Assembly (NCBI GenBank): GCA_963422375.2 | Contig: OY729428.2 | Coordinates: forward strand, 1,120,001-1,184,000 | Direction: 5' to 3' | Origin: Bryobacterales bacterium | GTDB taxonomy: Bacteria; Acidobacteriota; Terriglobia; Bryobacterales; UBA6623 | DNA: 64,000 nt | In this document: positions 10,300 to 19,807 of the stretch, piece by piece | Numbering within the stretch: the stretch's first letter is position 1 | Layout of the letters: each line of letters opens with the position of its first letter | Translations under genes and position numbers: made by a program | Notes under the pieces: generated by a model | The model's input: the letters and a program-made list of their open reading frames with translations, nothing else | Told to the model about the DNA's origin: nothing | The model's database searches: none

Positions 10300-11772
10300 A
10301 TGGCGAATCCCGATCTCCAAGCGTTTCGGGCACTGGTCGGCGGCGGGAATCTGGTGCCGGTGTGGAAGGTCCTCGCGGCGGACCTCGAGACACCCGTCTC
10401 CGCCTATCTGAAGCTCGCCGAGGGTCGCGACTACGCGTTCCTGCTGGAGAGCGTGGAGGGTGGCGAGCGCATCGGGCGCTACACCTACGTCGGCGCGGCG
10501 CCCTACATGACCGTCACGGCCTGGGGGGACGACGTAGAGGTCCGCCAAGGGGATGCGGTCAGCCGTCGGCGCGGTGACTTCTTCGCCATCCTGAAGGAAC
10601 TGACGCAGAGGTTCCGGCCGGCGGGCACGGACGGGCTGCCCCCGTTCAGCGCCGGCGCAGTGGGTTATGCGGCCTACGACCTCGTCCGGCGGATCGAGCC
10701 CCGCGTGCCCCCGTTTCGCGAGGACGATGTGGGGGCCCCCGACGCGGTATTCATGTTCTTCACCTCGGTGCTCGTGTTTGATCACGTCAGGCACCAGGTC
10801 TACGCCATCGCGAACGCCCGCCTTGACGACGGACAGGATCCGGACGAGGCCTACCGGCGCGCCTGCGGCGAGGTCGAGGCATTGGAAGCCTGCCTGTCCA
10901 AGCCGGTCTCCCTGCCGCGGCGAGCGTCCTGCACCGGCCCCCTCGAACTGCGCTCGAACATCGGCCGGGAAGCGTACTGCGCCGCTGTCGAGAAGGCGCG
11001 CGAGTACATCCTGGCCGGCGACATTTTCCAAGTCGTGCTCTCGCAGCGCCTCGAGATGCGGGCGGGCGTGCATCCGTTCCAGATCTACAGGGCGCTGCGC
11101 ACAGTCAACCCCTCCCCGTATCTCTTCTACCTGCAAATGGGGGAGACCGCGGTGGTCGGGAGCTCCCCCGAGATGCTGGTCAAGGTTGACGGCCGGGACA
11201 TCGAGTACCGCCCGATCGCCGGCACGCGCCGACGCGGCTCCAGCCCTGAGGCGGACCGCGCTCTGGCGGAAGACCTCCTCTCGGACCAGAAGGAACTCGC
11301 CGAGCACGTCATGCTGGTCGACCTCGGCCGCAACGATGTGGGACGGGTGGCGGAATACGGCTCGATTCGAGTCCCGGAATTCAAGATCATCGAGAACTAC
11401 TCCCATGTGATGCATATCGCCTCGAGCGTGCTCGGCACGCTGCGGGACGGGCTGGATGCCTTCGACGCGCTCATGGCGTGCTTCCCGGCGGGGACGGTGT
11501 CCGGCGCGCCGAAGGTGCGCGCGATGGAAATCATCGCGGAGCTCGAGCCCACCAAGCGCGGCGTCTATTCGGGCAGCGTGATGTACCTGGACTTCTCGGG
11601 CGCGCTCACGTCCGCCATCGCGATCCGCACGATGTTCATCCGCGGCGAGCGCGCCTACCTGCAGGTCGGGGCCGGCATCGTAGCGGACTCCGTTCCCGAA
11701 CGGGAGTGGGACGAGACCATGAACAAGGCCGGCGCCCTGCTCAAGGCAGTCGAGACGGCGCGCGAGCTGTAG
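10300..11772 (+). CDS. trpE: Anthranilate synthase component I
   Basis: DLETPVSAY, FLLESVEGGE, GDIFQVVLSQR, NPSPY, SSPE, PIAGT, EHVMLVDLGRND, FPAGTVSGAPK. Confidence 0.95.
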   Translation: MANPDLQAFRALVGGGNLVPVWKVLAADLETPVSAYLKLAEGRDYAFLLESVEGGERIGRYTYVGAAPYMTVTAWGDDVEVRQGDAVSRRRGDFFAILKELTQRFRPAGTDGLPPFSAGAVGYAAYDLVRRIEPRVPPFREDDVGAPDAVFMFFTSVLVFDHVRHQVYAIANARLDDGQDPDEAYRRACGEVEALEACLSKPVSLPRRASCTGPLELRSNIGREAYCAAVEKAREYILAGDIFQVVLSQRLEMRAGVHPFQIYRALRTVNPSPYLFYLQMGETAVVGSSPEMLVKVDGRDIEYRPIAGTRRRGSSPEADRALAEDLLSDQKELAEHVMLVDLGRNDVGRVAEYGSIRVPEFKIIENYSHVMHIASSVLGTLRDGLDAFDALMACFPAGTVSGAPKVRAMEIIAELEPTKRGVYSGSVMYLDFSGALTSAIAIRTMFIRGERAYLQVGAGIVADSVPEREWDETMNKAGALLKAVETAREL

Positions 11773-11795
11773 GCGGGTCGGGCGAGCGCAGGATT

Positions 11796-14700
11796 TCAGT
11801 CCCGCCGGAGACCCGGCAGCAGCGGAGCCCGCAGCGAGAGCGCCGCGGCCGCGGCACCGGCGAGCAAGCCCGCACCCGTGATCGCGCCCAGCGTGAGCAC
11901 GAGAGGCAGCCAAGGCGGGTCCGCGGCGCCGCTCGCCAGGTGGGGCGCGACCGCGATGAGCGCTGCCAGCGCGCCCGCTCCCACGCCGAACAGGAGCAGG
12001 AACGCGTTCTCGGCGACAATCAGTCGCGCGATCGGTCCCTTGGCGAAGCCCAAGGCCTCGAGCAGCGCCAGCTCGCCGCGGCGCTCCAGCACGCTCCGCA
12101 CCATTGCCACGGCCAGGCCTAATGTGCCCAGCAGCAGGCCCAGCCCGCCGAGAGTACGGAAGGTGCTGAGATAGGTATTCTCCACGACTAGGAATCCCGC
12201 CAGCCGCTCCGACGTGCGGACGGCGTCAAGGCCCTCGTCGGCGAAGGCTTCCTCCAAGGAAACCGCCGTTTCGTTGGCGTCTGTATCGACCAGCAGGGCT
12301 TGGTACCCGCTGTGATCTGGGTAGAGTTCCAGAAACCTCCCCTCGGAGAGCAGGAGTTCGGACTGAAAGATGCTCCTCGAGAGAATGCCGGCGAGAACGA
12401 GGCGGCGGGCGCCGCCGTCGCCGCCCCGCACGGTCAGCTCGTCGCCGACGCCCAAGTGCAGGATCCACGTCGCCGAGTTGGCGTCCCCGAACACCGGGAT
12501 CGCGCCGGCGAAGTCCTTTTCGAGCAGAAGCCAGGGGTTGTTCCGCTCGGCGTCGGTCTCCGCGAGCGTCCGCTGGAAGGCGAAGCCGCCCCGCCGGATC
12601 ATGCCGGGCGGGACCCCCGCCAGGGTCGGTTCCTTGGGCTGGTAGAGGTTCAGGCAGCTGGCGTCCTCGCCCGCCCGGACCCGCAGCGGGACGATCCCCG
12701 CGATCGCGGGCAGCCCGCCCGCCACCTCGTCGATCCTGTCCCGGAAGAGCGGCGCCGTGGCCTCGGCAACCAGGCGGTAGCCCCCGTCGCCGGAGTCGAA
12801 CCGCGGTTCCTCCGCGCCGACGTCGTGCCGGTTCATGGCGACCGTCACGATCATGAAGGAGGCGCAAGCGACCAGCGCCGTCGACAGGACGCTGCGCGTG
12901 GGGTTGCGAGCGCCGTTGCGAATGCCCAGCTGCGCGATTCCCGCGACCGCGCCGCCGCCGCGCCGGGGGGCCAGCAGCGAGGCGCGGAACAGGACGAGCG
13001 ACGCGGCCAGCGCCAGGCTCCCTGCACCGAAGAACGCAGCGAGGCGGGCCGCCGGACCGCCTCCCAGAGAGCCCGCGAGAAGCGCGGCCGCCAGCGCGGC
13101 CCCCGCGGCCGAGAGGCGCCGCAAGCGACGGGCCCTGCGGAGCTGGCCGGGCGAGCCGGCCGCTTCCTCAACCTTCCCCGCCAGCAGCGCGCGCGGCGAC
13201 AGCGCCGCCAGGCGCCGGACGGACAGCCAGATGGAAGCCAGCATCAGGACCTGCGCGGCCGCGGCGCCGGCGACAGCGTCGAGCCAGCTGAAGTGGAGCT
13301 CCAGAAAGGAGCCTCCGACCGCCCCGCTCCACCACGTGTTGAGGCCGAGGATCATGAGCTTCGCGTAGAGGAAGCCTCCCGGGATCCCGACCAAGCAGCC
13401 GGCGGAAGCCAGCAGAACCCCCTCCGCCAGAAGCAGCCGTCGCACCGCCCCCGGCGCGAGCCCGGCGGCAAGAAGCGCGCCGATCTCGCGGGAGCGGCGC
13501 TCGACCCCCAAGCGGAAAAGCAGCGCGACCAGGATGGCCGCCGAGGCGATCAGGAACAGACTGAAACCGACGAAGAGCCCCGAGAAGTCCGTAGCGCCGG
13601 CCGCAGCGTCCAGCCCGGCCTGCTTGACGGGCTGGACAGCGAGTCCGAACGCCTGCGGATCCAAGAGCTCGTCCAAGGCCTTGCGGAACGCCGCGAGCGC
13701 CTGCTCGCCCGGATCGCCGGGCGGCGGCCCGAGCCGGATCGAGGTGAGCTGACCGAAGCGGCTGGTCCAAAGATCCTTCGCCTCGGGCAAGCCCACGAAG
13801 GCCTTGGGCGCGGCCCGGTAGCGATTCCAGTAGTCCTCGTCTCTCGGGCGGATGAGACGCAGGTCCATCGGGAACGGCGGATCCCAGTCCGAAATGCGCG
13901 TCCGGTCCGTCATGCCCTTGAAGGCCGGCGCATAGTCCCGGTCCGTCGCGGCACCCTCCATGCGCGCGATTCCCGCCAGCCGGAATGAGTGCTCGGCCGT
14001 CTCGAGCGTGGAACCAGGACCGACGACGTAGTAGGACAGCCTGACTTCCTGCCCGGCCCGAGCCCCGAGATCCCTCGCCGTCCATTCGTTCAGCACGATC
14101 TCGCCCCGCTCCGGGCCGGCGGCGGGCTGGCCGCGAGCCGGGCGCAGCCCGGACGGCCATGCCTCGAGCGCCGTAACGATGGAGTAAGGCACCGCGCGGC
14201 CATTCGCCTCGATCGAATTCGCCAGGTACGTCAGAATCTCGCTCGACGCCATTCCGGCCCGGGCAGCCGCCGCCCGAACGGCCTCGGCGGCCGGCACGTC
14301 GAGAACGACGCGCTCGGACTCGACGAGGAATCCCCGGCCTCCGGAAAGCGTCCGCAACGCGAGGGCGGCGTCCTCCGCCCCGAACGCGGATCGCCAGGCT
14401 GCCGACACCGACTCCAGCGTGCCTCCCGCGACGAACAGCGCGTTCGCCTTGCCCGCCTGCTCGAGGGCGCGCTGCAGCGCCTCCCGCTGCACGAAGGCGT
14501 TGAGCGGGCGCTGCTGCCGGGGAGAGAGGCCGAAGCGCGCGGCGCCCCGGTCGCCTAGAACGCTTGCGACCCGCAGCCGCAGCAGTCGCACGCTGTCGCT
14601 CTTGCGGCCCATGACCGACTCCGCCGGCACCAAGGCGTCCGTCCGGATCCGCAGGAGCACGCTGTCCCCCTCGACCGCCCCGATCTCGTCGGCCAGACGG

Positions 14701-15095
14701 CGGTTGATCGCGATCTCGCGGGGCCCGATGCCGGGAGGCTCGGCGTCATGGAAGCCCCAGAACGTCCGGTCGACTGCGTGAACGCCGACCTTGGACGAGC
14801 GCGCGCCCGAATCGGCGTGCTCGGCGCTGGCGAGTACAACGAGGCCCGCGGCGGCGCGCACGGGACCGTCGAAGCGCTCGACGGCAGACTCGCGGAAGTA
14901 GCGGTCGCCCGCTACGGCGAAATCGATCGCCCCGAGCCGGTCCAAGGTGAGACCGCGCAGGCTGCCGCGCACGGACGTGCCGACCATCAGGGCGCCGGTC
15001 AGAATGGCCGCGCCGATCGCGACGCCGAGCGCCACGGCCACATTGACCGAGCGATAGTGCAACAGGCTGCGCGAGAGCAGCCGGCGGGCCGTCAT
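11796..15095 (-). CDS. ABC transporter permease (FtsX/MacB-like, duplicated)
   Basis: 1099 aa; multiple hydrophobic segments, ERRSREIGALLAAG and ERRGELALLEALGF FtsX motifs. Confidence 0.88.
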   Translation of the reverse strand: MTARRLLSRSLLHYRSVNVAVALGVAIGAAILTGALMVGTSVRGSLRGLTLDRLGAIDFAVAGDRYFRESAVERFDGPVRAAAGLVVLASAEHADSGARSSKVGVHAVDRTFWGFHDAEPPGIGPREIAINRRLADEIGAVEGDSVLLRIRTDALVPAESVMGRKSDSVRLLRLRVASVLGDRGAARFGLSPRQQRPLNAFVQREALQRALEQAGKANALFVAGGTLESVSAAWRSAFGAEDAALALRTLSGGRGFLVESERVVLDVPAAEAVRAAAARAGMASSEILTYLANSIEANGRAVPYSIVTALEAWPSGLRPARGQPAAGPERGEIVLNEWTARDLGARAGQEVRLSYYVVGPGSTLETAEHSFRLAGIARMEGAATDRDYAPAFKGMTDRTRISDWDPPFPMDLRLIRPRDEDYWNRYRAAPKAFVGLPEAKDLWTSRFGQLTSIRLGPPPGDPGEQALAAFRKALDELLDPQAFGLAVQPVKQAGLDAAAGATDFSGLFVGFSLFLIASAAILVALLFRLGVERRSREIGALLAAGLAPGAVRRLLLAEGVLLASAGCLVGIPGGFLYAKLMILGLNTWWSGAVGGSFLELHFSWLDAVAGAAAAQVLMLASIWLSVRRLAALSPRALLAGKVEEAAGSPGQLRRARRLRRLSAAGAALAAALLAGSLGGGPAARLAAFFGAGSLALAASLVLFRASLLAPRRGGGAVAGIAQLGIRNGARNPTRSVLSTALVACASFMIVTVAMNRHDVGAEEPRFDSGDGGYRLVAEATAPLFRDRIDEVAGGLPAIAGIVPLRVRAGEDASCLNLYQPKEPTLAGVPPGMIRRGGFAFQRTLAETDAERNNPWLLLEKDFAGAIPVFGDANSATWILHLGVGDELTVRGGDGGARRLVLAGILSRSIFQSELLLSEGRFLELYPDHSGYQALLVDTDANETAVSLEEAFADEGLDAVRTSERLAGFLVVENTYLSTFRTLGGLGLLLGTLGLAVAMVRSVLERRGELALLEALGFAKGPIARLIVAENAFLLLFGVGAGALAALIAVAPHLASGAADPPWLPLVLTLGAITGAGLLAGAAAAALSLRAPLLPGLRRD

Positions 15096-15583
15096 CGATT
15101 CCTGATCTGGGGCTCCGTGCCCGAGGTCGCGAGCGGCAGCTGGCCCGCTGATACCTGCAGCCGCTCGAGCCGCTTGCGGACCGACCGCGCCCTCTTCCCG
15201 AGGGCCTCGATGCCTAGGTACCGCGAATAGGCGTCGATCGCCTCGCGAGGCTTGCCGAGCCTCTCCTGGGCCATGCCGAGCCGCCAGTAGGCCTCGGCGA
15301 AGTTAGAGTCCCAGCGCGTGGCCTCCTCGTAGCGCCCGGCGGCGGCGCGGTGGCTGCCCTTCTTCGCGTAGTAGTTGCCGACCTTGAGCTCGTTACGGGC
15401 CTGCACGGGGTTGAAGGCGTACTCCTGCCGTCGCGGAGCGAACTGCTCGTCCTCATCCACCAACTCGCCGTACTCGGCGGGCCGCTCGGCGAACGCGCCC
15501 CAGGACCCGTCCTCTTCCTGCGCGAGGGCCGGCGAGACCGGAAGCAACAGCGCGACTGCCGCGGCCAGCCTCACGGCCACCAT
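15092..15583 (-). CDS. Secreted tetratricopeptide repeat protein
   Basis: Signal peptide MVAVRLAAAVALLLPVSPALAQ; KVGNYYAKKG..AAAGRY, AEAYWRLG TPR motifs; stop overlaps permease ATG (ATGA). Confidence 0.8.
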   Translation of the reverse strand: MVAVRLAAAVALLLPVSPALAQEEDGSWGAFAERPAEYGELVDEDEQFAPRRQEYAFNPVQARNELKVGNYYAKKGSHRAAAGRYEEATRWDSNFAEAYWRLGMAQERLGKPREAIDAYSRYLGIEALGKRARSVRKRLERLQVSAGQLPLATSGTEPQIRNR

Positions 15584-15789
15584 TGTAGCGCCCGCGACGG
15601 ACCGGCGCTCATCCGCGGGGAGGGACGGGTTGCGGAGAACGGCGCGGGTATCGTAAAGTCCCAATTGGACCAAGGCTTAGCCACACGGCCGGTCGGGCGG
15701 CCGGAAAGATCCTAGCGCGGAGCCTAGCCGGTAACCGCAGCGTCAAGCTACGATGAGTGGATTGCACTTAGTCACGGGGTAGGTAGGAA

Positions 15790-17424
15790 GTGCCGGACAA
15801 GGACGCGGTAGTTTTAGGGCTCGACTTCGGGACGGAGTCCGTCCGGGCTCTCTTGGTCGGGCTGGACGGCAGCGAGCGCGCTTCCTCGAACGCGCGTTTC
15901 TCTCGCGGCCAGATTACCGCCAAGCTGCCGGGCACGGGCGAGAAGCTGCCCTCCGACTTCGCCCTGCAGCATCCGTCAGACTGGCTCGAGTCGGCCGCCC
16001 GGGCGACGCGCAGCGCCTGGCGGCGCGCCGCCGACGCGGACACGCGGCTCGTCGGAATCGGCGTCGACTTCACGAGCTGCACGGTGCTGCCGTCGCTGGC
16101 GGACGGCACCCCCCTGTGCCTGCTGCCCGAGTACAAGGGCAACCCGCAGGCGTGGCCCAAGCTTTGGAAGCACCACGGCGCAAAGACCCAGACCGAGCGC
16201 ATCGACCGCCTGGCGCACGAGCGCCAGGAAGAGTTCCTCGAGCAGTACGGCGGGTCGATCGGGCTGGAGTGGTTCTTCCCGAAGGTGCTCGAGACGCTGG
16301 AGGAGGCGCCGGAGGTCTACCGCGCTGCCGAAGTGTGGGTCGAGGCTGGCGATTGGATCGTGTGGCGGCTGGTGGGCTGCCCCGCGGAAGAGATGGCTCG
16401 GTCGACCTGCCAAGCCGGCTACAAGGGGATGTGGACGTCGAATGACGGGTTTCCCTCGAAGACGTTCCTGCGCGCCCTGCACCCCGATCTGGTCGATATC
16501 GTCAAGACCAAGATGCCGGGCCGCATGATGGCACCCGGGCAGCAGGCCGGCCGCCTGTCCGCCAAGATGGCCCGGAAGCTGGGCTTCGAGGAAGGGATCC
16601 CGGTCAGCACGGCGATCATCGACGCCCACGCGGGCGTGCCCGGCGTGGGCGCGGCGGACGCGGGCACCTTGGTCATGGTTTGCGGCACCAGCTCCTGCCA
16701 CATGCTGAACTCGGCGGACTACCACCGGGTCCCGGGAGTGGCCGGCGTGGTCCGGGACGGCATCTTGCAGGGGATGTTCGGCTACGAGACCGGGCAGGCG
16801 GCCGTCGGGGACGCCTTCGACTGGCTGCGCCGGCTGACCGGGAACAAGCACTTCACCCCGCTGGCCAACAAGGCCGCCCCCTTGGCGCCCGGCGCGGACG
16901 GGGTGCTGTGCGTGGACTGGTTCAACGGCTGCAGGACGCCCCTAATGGACGGCAACCTCGCCGGGGCCTTCACCGGCCTGGCACTACGCCACGGCCCGCA
17001 CCATCTCTACCGGGCGATGCTCGAAGCGACCGCCTACGGCCTGCGCTGGATCGTCGAGATGCTCCGCGAGCACGACGTGCCGGTCAAGAAATTCATAGCC
17101 ACGGGAGGCCTGCCGCACCACAACCCGCTGTTCGTGCAGGTTGCGGCGGACGTGCTGGGCGAGAGCATCCTCGTGCATCCGTCCAAGCAGGGGCCCGCGC
17201 TAGGAGCGGCCATTCTCGGCGCGGTGGCGGCGGGCAAGCGGGCGAGCGGCTTCAGCACGGTGCGGTCTGCGGTGCGCACGATCGGGGGCGTGCGCAAGGA
17301 CATTGACGGCCGCCGGGGAGTGCTGGTCACCCCCGACAAGGCCAACACCAAGCGATACGACCCCTTGTACAAGCGCTACCGCGAGACGGCGCAGTTCCTG
17401 CAATCGAACGGCAAGGTGCTGTAA
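15790..17424 (+). CDS. araB: Ribulokinase (FGGY carbohydrate kinase)
   Basis: GLDFGTESVRA, IGVDFTSCT, KLWKHH, IIDAHAG, GTSSCH, ETGQAAVGD, DWFNGCRTP. Confidence 0.9.
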   Translation: MPDKDAVVLGLDFGTESVRALLVGLDGSERASSNARFSRGQITAKLPGTGEKLPSDFALQHPSDWLESAARATRSAWRRAADADTRLVGIGVDFTSCTVLPSLADGTPLCLLPEYKGNPQAWPKLWKHHGAKTQTERIDRLAHERQEEFLEQYGGSIGLEWFFPKVLETLEEAPEVYRAAEVWVEAGDWIVWRLVGCPAEEMARSTCQAGYKGMWTSNDGFPSKTFLRALHPDLVDIVKTKMPGRMMAPGQQAGRLSAKMARKLGFEEGIPVSTAIIDAHAGVPGVGAADAGTLVMVCGTSSCHMLNSADYHRVPGVAGVVRDGILQGMFGYETGQAAVGDAFDWLRRLTGNKHFTPLANKAAPLAPGADGVLCVDWFNGCRTPLMDGNLAGAFTGLALRHGPHHLYRAMLEATAYGLRWIVEMLREHDVPVKKFIATGGLPHHNPLFVQVAADVLGESILVHPSKQGPALGAAILGAVAAGKRASGFSTVRSAVRTIGGVRKDIDGRRGVLVTPDKANTKRYDPLYKRYRETAQFLQSNGKVL

Positions 17425-17462
17425 ACTGCAAAGGCGGCGAGGCGCCGTCGCGAGGATCGACC

Positions 17463-19388
17463 ATGCATTCATCCCGTCCCGGGCAAGCGGCTAGTCTCGC
17501 CACGGCGTGCCTGCTGGTCTCGGCCGGCACCCTCCTGGCGAAGTCCAACGGTGCGCCGAGCGGCCACACGGGCGGCCCGTTCCCTGGCGAGCAGAGCTGC
17601 ACCGTCTGCCACGGCGGCTCCGAGATCAACTCCGGGAGCGGCACGCTCGCGATTTTGGTCGACGGCGCGCCCGCTTCGGAGTACCGGTACACGCCTGGCG
17701 AGACCGTGTCGCTGATCATCAATTTCAGCGACCCGGACGCGCAGCGCAGCGGCTTTCAGGTCACCGCCCGCTTTGCCGACGAAGGCTGCGGCCAAGCCGG
17801 CAGCTTGGCCCCCGGCCCCTCCCCGAGCACCTCCCCCGTGAAGATGGTCAGCGGAAGCTGCGGCGCCGGCAACGTGCAGTGGGCGACGCAGCGCAGGGCC
17901 GCGAGCGGATCCTCGGCCACCTGGGACGTAGCGTGGACCGCACCGAGCGAGGACATCGGGCCGGTCACGTTCGCCGTCGCCGCGAACGGCGCGAACGGCA
18001 ACGCGTCGACCTCGGGCGACAGCATCTACCAGATCCGAGCAACGGTCGAACCGGAGGCGGCAGCCGCGCCGCCGGCGATTTCCGACGCGGGAGTCGTGCT
18101 CGCGGACCTGCGCAGCGCGACAGCGAAGGGCGCTCCGAACGCTTTGGCGACCGCCCGCGGGTCGGGTTTCGCGGCGGCGACGGTCGTGGGCTCAAGCGGC
18201 GTCTTGGAGGCGGCAGGAAGGGTCAGCACGGTTCTCGAGGGCTCGTGCGTCGAAGTCAACCAGCAGCGGGCCCCGCTCGTCCGTATCGCGCATGACGAGG
18301 CCACCTTCCAGATCCCGTCGGCGGCCGGCCTCGGGGCGGCCACGGTGCAGGTCATCCGGGGCTGCGACACGCCGGAGGGAGCGCGCAGCAACAGCATCGC
18401 GTTCCCGATCTCTGCCGCGCAGCCGGTCCTGTTCCAGTTCTCCGAAGAGGACGAGGGCACGTCGGCGCTACTGCCGGACCTGTCGCTGGCCGCGCCGGCC
18501 GCCGACACGGGCACGCTGCGGCGCCCGGCCCTGCCGGGCGAGGTAGTGACCTTCCTCGGCACGGGATTCGGATTGACGGCACCGCCGCTTGAGACTGGCG
18601 AGATATCGCCACTGCCGCGACGGCTCGCGACGGCCAGCATCCGCCCGATGATCGGCCAGTTCGAGGTGCAGGCCGACCACATCCTGTACGCCGGTGCGTC
18701 TCCGGGCTTCGCCGGCTTGTACGAGCTGAGCCTGCGCCTCCCGGACAACGTACCCGCCGGCTCCCATGCGTTCGGCGTGCTGGTCAACGGCGTGGCCTCC
18801 GCGACGGGTCCGAAGCTGGAAGTAGGCGCGCTCCCAGCGCCTCCGCCGGTCACCGGCCCGACTACCGAGGTCGAGTGCGCGGTCGGCTTGGTCGTCAAGC
18901 CCGGCGGGCGCTGCACGGCAACGGTCGCCGGGATCGAAGCCTCGTTCGAAGTGCACGCGACGACCGGCCAAGGCTGCATCGCGGCCGGAGCGGTGAGCAC
19001 TTGCGATGCCTCGAAGCTAGCGGCCAACGGAGCCGAGGCGTCGAAGAATGCCGACGGCAGCTGGACACTTCACAAGATGCCGACAGCCCCGCCTCCGGAT
19101 AAGCCGGCGACCGACGAACCCGTCACCTGCAACAAGGACATGGTGCTCGGGCCGGGCCAGAGCTGCAACGCAACGGTCGACACACCCACTTTCGGCGTGA
19201 TCACCGGCCGCTTGGACGTTGACGCGGGCGGCAACGCGTGCGTGGAGGCGCTGCAGGGCTTGATCAAGGCGTGCGGCATGAAGGACATCAACGCCAACCT
19301 AGGCATCATTGGGGGCGAGGTCAAGGACAACGGCGACGGCACGTGGACTATTACCAAGCTGCCTCCGCCGCCGGAACCCTCGCCGTAA
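17463..19388 (+). CDS. Secreted protein: Reeler/choice-of-anchor V-like N-domain with CxxCH, TIGR03437-like domain, two C-terminal Cys-rich repeats
   Basis: Signal peptide; GEQSCTVCH, GFQVTA, WTAP, AANGANGN..SGD.IY; PA.PGEVVTFLGTGFG, YAGASPGFAGLYEL. Confidence 0.75.
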   Translation: MHSSRPGQAASLATACLLVSAGTLLAKSNGAPSGHTGGPFPGEQSCTVCHGGSEINSGSGTLAILVDGAPASEYRYTPGETVSLIINFSDPDAQRSGFQVTARFADEGCGQAGSLAPGPSPSTSPVKMVSGSCGAGNVQWATQRRAASGSSATWDVAWTAPSEDIGPVTFAVAANGANGNASTSGDSIYQIRATVEPEAAAAPPAISDAGVVLADLRSATAKGAPNALATARGSGFAAATVVGSSGVLEAAGRVSTVLEGSCVEVNQQRAPLVRIAHDEATFQIPSAAGLGAATVQVIRGCDTPEGARSNSIAFPISAAQPVLFQFSEEDEGTSALLPDLSLAAPAADTGTLRRPALPGEVVTFLGTGFGLTAPPLETGEISPLPRRLATASIRPMIGQFEVQADHILYAGASPGFAGLYELSLRLPDNVPAGSHAFGVLVNGVASATGPKLEVGALPAPPPVTGPTTEVECAVGLVVKPGGRCTATVAGIEASFEVHATTGQGCIAAGAVSTCDASKLAANGAEASKNADGSWTLHKMPTAPPPDKPATDEPVTCNKDMVLGPGQSCNATVDTPTFGVITGRLDVDAGGNACVEALQGLIKACGMKDINANLGIIGGEVKDNGDGTWTITKLPPPPEPSP

Positions 19389-19807
19389 GCCCTTACGACT
19401 CATTGCCAGAGGCTCGATCCGGTTCCTGCACGACGAGTGGCAGGCGGTGACCGGGCCGAGGAGCGACTGGACATTGACGCGCGCATTGGACGACGAGCCA
19501 AGCGCACGTTGAGCGCTGGATGCCTCAGAGCGGCGTTTCTCGCCCACCGCTCCCCGTTCGAACCGATCGCGCGTCGGTCGCTCGGAGACAATCCTCGACC
19601 GTATCCTTTCCGCGCCTGACGGTCCAGCGTAAGTCTATCGGGTCAAGACCGTGGGCACGCGACGCGATTCTGGTATAGTCGACGCGGACGAGAATGGTAT
19701 TGGCTGGGCTGCGGTCATGGGTGAAACGTCTTTGGCCTTTCACAAGGAAACCCCCATCGCCTGCAAGCCCCGTCTCCTAGGATCCCGTTTCCGAACCTTC
19801 GCCGACC

